Shown here: positions 59,856 to 64,000 of the stretch, piece by piece
Layout of the letters: each line of letters begins with the position of its first letter
Position numbering within the stretch: position 1 is the stretch's first letter
NCBI GenBank assembly: GCA_963717145.1
Contig: OY970325.1
Span: 288,001 to 352,000, forward strand
Direction: 5' to 3'
Length of the DNA stretch: 64,000 bases
DNA from: an uncultured Armatimonadetes bacterium
GTDB taxonomy: Bacteria > Armatimonadota > UBA5829 > DTJY01
Notes under the pieces: generated by a model
Told to the model about the DNA's origin: nothing
What the model saw: the letters and a program-made list of their open reading frames with translations, nothing else
Database searches by the model: none
Made by a program: the position numbers and the translations under genes

Positions 59856-61253
59856 ATGCAGGCAACACAGCTACTTGATCGAGTCCCACCGCAGAACCTC
59901 GAAGCCGAGCAGTCGACGCTCGGCTCGATGATGATCGACCGATCCGCCCTGGAGAAAGGTCTCGACATCCTCCATCCCGAGGACTTCTACCGGGAGGCGC
60001 ATCAGGTTATCTTCAAGGCGCTCATGTCGCTCGCCGAGCGGGATGAGGCGGTCGATATCATCACCATGCAGGAGGAGCTTCGTGGCAGCGGCAAGCTCGA
60101 CGCCGTCGGTGGCATCGACTACGTCATGACGCTGATCGACATGGTGCCGACCGCGTCGAACGTCGAGTATTACGCGCACATCGTCGAAGAGAAGGCGATC
60201 CTCCGCCGCCTGATCGACGCCTCGATGCAGATCATCGGCATGAGCCACGGCGAAGTCGAGAGCGTCGATGACGTCGTGGACAAGTCCGAGCGCATGATCT
60301 TCCAGGTCTCCCAACGAAGGATCGGGCAGTACTTCTTCCCCATCAGCAGTCTCTCTCAGGAGGCGTTCGAGCGCATCGAGAAGCAGTACAACGAGAAGGC
60401 CAAGGTCTCCGGGCTTCCGACCGGCTTCCACGACCTCGACAGCATCACATCCGGCCTGCAGACCTCCGACCTGGTCATCGTCGCCGCTCGTCCTTCCATG
60501 GGCAAGACCGCGTTCGCGCTCGATATCGCCCGGCATACGGCCATCAAGGAGCAGAAGCCGGTTGCCGTGTTCAGCCTCGAAATGTCGAAGGAGCAGCTTA
60601 CCCTCCGCCTGATCTGTTCCGAGTCGCACGTCGATGCGCACCGCCTTCGTACCGGCTACATGGAGAACCGCGACTGGCCGAAGCTCGCCGACGGAGTCGG
60701 CAGGCTCTACACCGCTCCACTCTATATCGACGACACGACCGATTGCACCGCGCTTCAGATGCGCTCGAAGTGCCGGCGGCTGAAGGCCGAACATGGGCTC
60801 AGTCTCGTGGTAGTCGACTACCTCCAGTTGATGCAGTCACACCGCAGGGTCGATAACCGCACCCAGGAGATCGCGGAGATAGCTCGCGCGCTGAAGAGCC
60901 TTGCCCGCGAGATGCAGGTGCCCGTGATCGCTTGCGCCCAGCTCAGCCGCGCGGTTGAGCAGAGGCAGGACAAGCGGCCGATGCTCTCCGACCTCAGGGA
61001 GAGTGGATCGATCGAGGCCGAGGCGGATGTCGTCATGTTCCTTTACCGCTCGGACTACTACAAGCAGAAAGAAATCATCATGGACGATGAGGGAGCGCCG
61101 GAGGACCAGCCGCCGGTGGACGGGGCTGAGAAAGACATCACGGAGATCATCATCGGCAAGCAGCGGAACGGTCCGACCGGCATGATCAGGTTGAAGTTTC
61201 TGCCGCAATACACCTGTTTCGGCAATCTGGCATCGCAAAGGGAGGGACGTTGA
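59856..61253 (+). CDS. dnaB: Replicative DNA helicase
   Basis: PPQNLEAEQ, AARPSMGKT, FSLEM, VDYLQL, QLSR, LSDLRESGSIE and KQRNGPTG motifs. No intein. Confidence 0.98.
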   Translation: MQATQLLDRVPPQNLEAEQSTLGSMMIDRSALEKGLDILHPEDFYREAHQVIFKALMSLAERDEAVDIITMQEELRGSGKLDAVGGIDYVMTLIDMVPTASNVEYYAHIVEEKAILRRLIDASMQIIGMSHGEVESVDDVVDKSERMIFQVSQRRIGQYFFPISSLSQEAFERIEKQYNEKAKVSGLPTGFHDLDSITSGLQTSDLVIVAARPSMGKTAFALDIARHTAIKEQKPVAVFSLEMSKEQLTLRLICSESHVDAHRLRTGYMENRDWPKLADGVGRLYTAPLYIDDTTDCTALQMRSKCRRLKAEHGLSLVVVDYLQLMQSHRRVDNRTQEIAEIARALKSLAREMQVPVIACAQLSRAVEQRQDKRPMLSDLRESGSIEAEADVVMFLYRSDYYKQKEIIMDDEGAPEDQPPVDGAEKDITEIIIGKQRNGPTGMIRLKFLPQYTCFGNLASQREGR

Positions 61254-62539
61254 TGAACGTGCTGATCGTCGGCTCGGGTGGACGCGAGCATGCCCTGGCC
61301 TGGAAAGTCGCGCAGAGTCGCAAGGTCGAAAGGCTCTTCTGCGCCCCGGGGAACGCGGGGATGGCTCAACTCGGCGATTGCGTGGACATCAAGGCGACGG
61401 ACATCCCCGCACTGCTCGATTTCGCCAGGATGAATCGCGTGGAGTTGGCGATCGTCGGCCCGGAGTCGCCGCTGATCAAGGGTCTCTCCGACCAACTTCG
61501 TGCCGCGGGTATCCGCACGTTCGGTCCCAGCCAGGCCGCCGCCGCCATAGAAGGCAGCAAAGTCTTCTCGAAGCAGCTCATGGCGAAGTACGGAATTCCA
61601 ACCGCCGGCTTCGACGTCTTCGATGCTCCCGGGCCTGCGCGCGCACACATCGAGCGCATTTCCGGCAGTTCCGGCGCATGTCCGATCGTGGTCAAGGCCG
61701 ATGGTGAGGCCGCCGGGAAGGGCGTGTTCGTCTGCGACACCAGGGACGAGGCGCTCTCCGCGATCGAGACCATCATGGTCGAGCGGGCTTTCGGCGAGTC
61801 CGGCGACCGGATCGTGATCGAGGAGCGCATGGAGGGCCAGGAGGCGTCCCTGATGGCGATCACCGACGGCGTGACCGTCGTCCCGATGACGCCCGTTCAG
61901 GACTACAAGCGCGCGCATGACGATGACAAGGGGCCGAATACGGGTGGAATGGGATGCTACACGCCGGTTCCGATCGTGACCGCCGAGATCTTCGAATACT
62001 CGCTGGAAAAACTCATCAAGCCGACGATCGACGCCATGAGGGCCGAGGGCAGGCCGTATACCGGCGTGCTATACACCGGCATCATGCTTACCAAGGACGG
62101 CCCGAAGGTGTTGGAGTACAACTGCCGCTTCGGCGATCCGGAGACTCAAGTCGCGCTCCCGATGCTGCAGACCGACCTGATCGAGGTGATCGAGGCGTCT
62201 ATTGACGGTCGGCTCGACTCGCTCGACATTAGATGCTATAATGGATGTGCCGTGTGCGTCGTGTTGGCATCCGGCGGCTACCCGGGCAAGTACGAAACGG
62301 GCAAGCCGATCACCGGCTTGGAGGACGCCGCCTCGATCGAGGGAGTGACCGTCTTTCACGCGGGCACGAAGCTCGTCGGCGGTGAGGTCGTGACGGCCGG
62401 GGGGCGCGTGCTCGGAGTCACAGGCATGGGCGAGTCGTTCCGCGAGGCCCGAGACAAGGCCTATGCGGGGGTCGGCCGGATTAAGTTTGAAGGCATGCAC
62501 TACCGTAAGGATATTGGCAGGAGGGAAGGGCTGAGATAG
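61253..62539 (+). CDS. purD: Phosphoribosylamine-glycine ligase
   Basis: GSGGREHAL, APGNAG, EGSK, GPNTGGMG and EYNCRFGDPE motifs. Confidence 0.97.
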   Translation: MNVLIVGSGGREHALAWKVAQSRKVERLFCAPGNAGMAQLGDCVDIKATDIPALLDFARMNRVELAIVGPESPLIKGLSDQLRAAGIRTFGPSQAAAAIEGSKVFSKQLMAKYGIPTAGFDVFDAPGPARAHIERISGSSGACPIVVKADGEAAGKGVFVCDTRDEALSAIETIMVERAFGESGDRIVIEERMEGQEASLMAITDGVTVVPMTPVQDYKRAHDDDKGPNTGGMGCYTPVPIVTAEIFEYSLEKLIKPTIDAMRAEGRPYTGVLYTGIMLTKDGPKVLEYNCRFGDPETQVALPMLQTDLIEVIEASIDGRLDSLDIRCYNGCAVCVVLASGGYPGKYETGKPITGLEDAASIEGVTVFHAGTKLVGGEVVTAGGRVLGVTGMGESFREARDKAYAGVGRIKFEGMHYRKDIGRREGLR

Positions 62540-63013
62540 TTGACCGGTAAAGTCGCCATCATCATGGGGAGCGATTCCGATCTCCCCGTCATGCAAGACG
62601 CAGCGGATATGCTCAAGGACCTCGGCGTTCAGTGCGAGGTCACAATTGTCTCTGCGCATAGAAGCCCTCACTTGGCGGCATCATTCGCCGAGGGGGCAGA
62701 GGTCGCCGGGTTCGACGCCATCATCGCCGGCGCAGGTGGAGCCGCTCACCTGGCGGGAGTTGTGGCATCATTGACCCCGCTGCCGGTGATCGGAGTGCCG
62801 ATCAAGTCAGCAGCGCTGAACGGCATGGACTCGCTGCTCTCGATCGTCCAGATGCCCTCGGGCGTCCCGGTGGCGACCGTCGGCATCAATGGCGCGAAGA
62901 ACGCAGGCATACTCGCCGCTCAGATGCTCAGCCTGAAGTATCCCGAGCTGCGTCAGAAGATAAAGGAATACAAGGCCAAGCTCGAAAAGACCATCGAGGC
63001 TAAGAACAGATAG
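62540..63013 (+). CDS. purE: N5-CAIR mutase
   Basis: [22 protein letters not shown] and [14 protein letters not shown] motifs. Confidence 0.97.
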   Translation: MTGKVAIIMGSDSDLPVMQDAADMLKDLGVQCEVTIVSAHRSPHLAASFAEGAEVAGFDAIIAGAGGAAHLAGVVASLTPLPVIGVPIKSAALNGMDSLLSIVQMPSGVPVATVGINGAKNAGILAAQMLSLKYPELRQKIKEYKAKLEKTIEAKNR

Positions 63014-63015
63014 GC

Positions 63016-63046
63016 ACTTTCGACTCTAGACTCTAGACTTTCGACT
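63016..63046. repeat. 7-mer tandem repeat (ACTYTMG) abutting the purB start
   Basis: actttcg actctag actctag actttcg act ATG. Same unit family as 8596-8668. Confidence 0.75.
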
Positions 63047-64000
63047 ATGATTCTACGCTATTCACTACCGAAGATGAGGGGCATCTGGGACCAGCACAAC
63101 CGCTTCCAGAAGTGGCTCGATGTCGAGATCGCAGTCGCCGAGGGACTGGCGCACTACGGCTACATCCCCAAAGACGCACCCGCCAAGATCAAGGCCGGCG
63201 CGAAGTTCACCGTCGAGCGCATCCTCGAGATCGAGGAGACCACTCAGCACGACGTGATGGCCTTCGTGAAAGCCGTGACCGAGAACCTCGGCGAGGAGGG
63301 CAAGTACGTCCATTACGGCGTCACCTCGTATGACATCGTGGACACGGCGCTCTGCCTCCTCATGAAGGAATCCGCCGACATCATCATCGACGACCTCGGC
63401 CGCCTCGGTGAAGTGATCGCCGAGCGCGCCCGGGAGCACAAATACACGCTGATGATCGGGCGGACCCACGGCATCCACGCCGAGCCGATCACATTCGGGT
63501 TCAAGCTGGCGGGCTGGTATGCCCAGGTCCTTCGCGATATCGTCCGGATGAACGCCGCGCGGGAAGCGATCAGTTTCGGCAAGGTTTCCGGCGCGGTCGG
63601 AATCTACGCAAACATCGATCCGCGGGTCGAGCAGTACGTCTGCGGCATCCTCGGGCTCGAAGTCGCCGAGCATTCGACGCAGATCATCGCACGCGACCGT
63701 CACGCCCAGTTCATCACGACTCTGGCGATCATCGCCGGGTCGCTCGAAAGCTGCGCCACAGAGCTTCGAAACCTCCAGCGGACAGAGATACTGGAGGTCC
63801 AGGAGTATTTCGCGAAGGGCCAGAAGGGCTCGTCGGCCATGCCGCACAAGCGCAACCCGCGGCTTTCCGAGCAGGTCGCCGGCCTCGCGAGAGTCGTGCG
63901 AGCGAACGCGTTCCCGGCGCTGGAGAATATCACGTCCTGGCACGAGCGCGACCTGACCAACTCGTCGGTCGAGCGGATCGTCATCCCGGACAACTGCATC
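63047..64000 (+). CDS. purB: Adenylosuccinate lyase (3' end runs off the window)
   Basis: Manual translation: MILRYS...HDVMAFV...HYGVTSYD...GRTHGIHAEP...GSSAMPHKRNP...WHERDLTNSSVER. Confidence 0.97.
   Translation, partial: MILRYSLPKMRGIWDQHNRFQKWLDVEIAVAEGLAHYGYIPKDAPAKIKAGAKFTVERILEIEETTQHDVMAFVKAVTENLGEEGKYVHYGVTSYDIVDTALCLLMKESADIIIDDLGRLGEVIAERAREHKYTLMIGRTHGIHAEPITFGFKLAGWYAQVLRDIVRMNAAREAISFGKVSGAVGIYANIDPRVEQYVCGILGLEVAEHSTQIIARDRHAQFITTLAIIAGSLESCATELRNLQRTEILEVQEYFAKGQKGSSAMPHKRNPRLSEQVAGLARVVRANAFPALENITSWHERDLTNSSVERIVIPDNCI

Noticed and set aside
2139-63943. Long antisense or alternative-frame ORFs (e.g. 2139..3719-, 17821..20139+, 23371..24903+, 43678..44955+, 48267..49286-, 63065..63943-)
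   Set aside because: They overlap well-supported genes on the opposite strand, have no motifs, and are expected in high-GC DNA.

Overview
GC-rich bacterial chromosomal window from a flagellated, probably diderm organism. The gene mix suggests Armatimonadota, but that is inference only. In order, it holds: a partial flagellar rod gene; an hrcA / group III (thermosome-like) chaperonin / grpE heat-shock operon lacking dnaK; a sugar-catabolism block (URO-D family, DapA-family aldolase, two GHL6/GH42-like hydrolases); a large SpoIVB/S55 peptidase-beta-propeller fusion; a 17 kb cluster of five secreted multidomain proteins (four GHL10/DUF187 hydrolase paralogues plus a beta-propeller/OB-fold protein); a bacterial Clp1-type polynucleotide kinase; alr and an M20/FAH operon; mdh-fumAB; an orphan N6-methyltransferase-TRD fusion with hicBA; hppA; mlaEFD; rplI-dnaB-purD-purE-purB. 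The five secreted proteins all end in the same ~185-aa Trp-rich domain, and a relic of a sixth copy lies between two of them. The methyltransferase carries in-frame short tandem-repeat insertions. Intergenic spaces contain many GTAG-type REP doublets and inverted 6-8-mer tandem-repeat hairpins. About a dozen single-base frameshifts, several in homopolymers, suggest long-read indel errors, so 'broken' genes should be treated cautiously. No rRNA, tRNA, CRISPR array or transposase was recognised.
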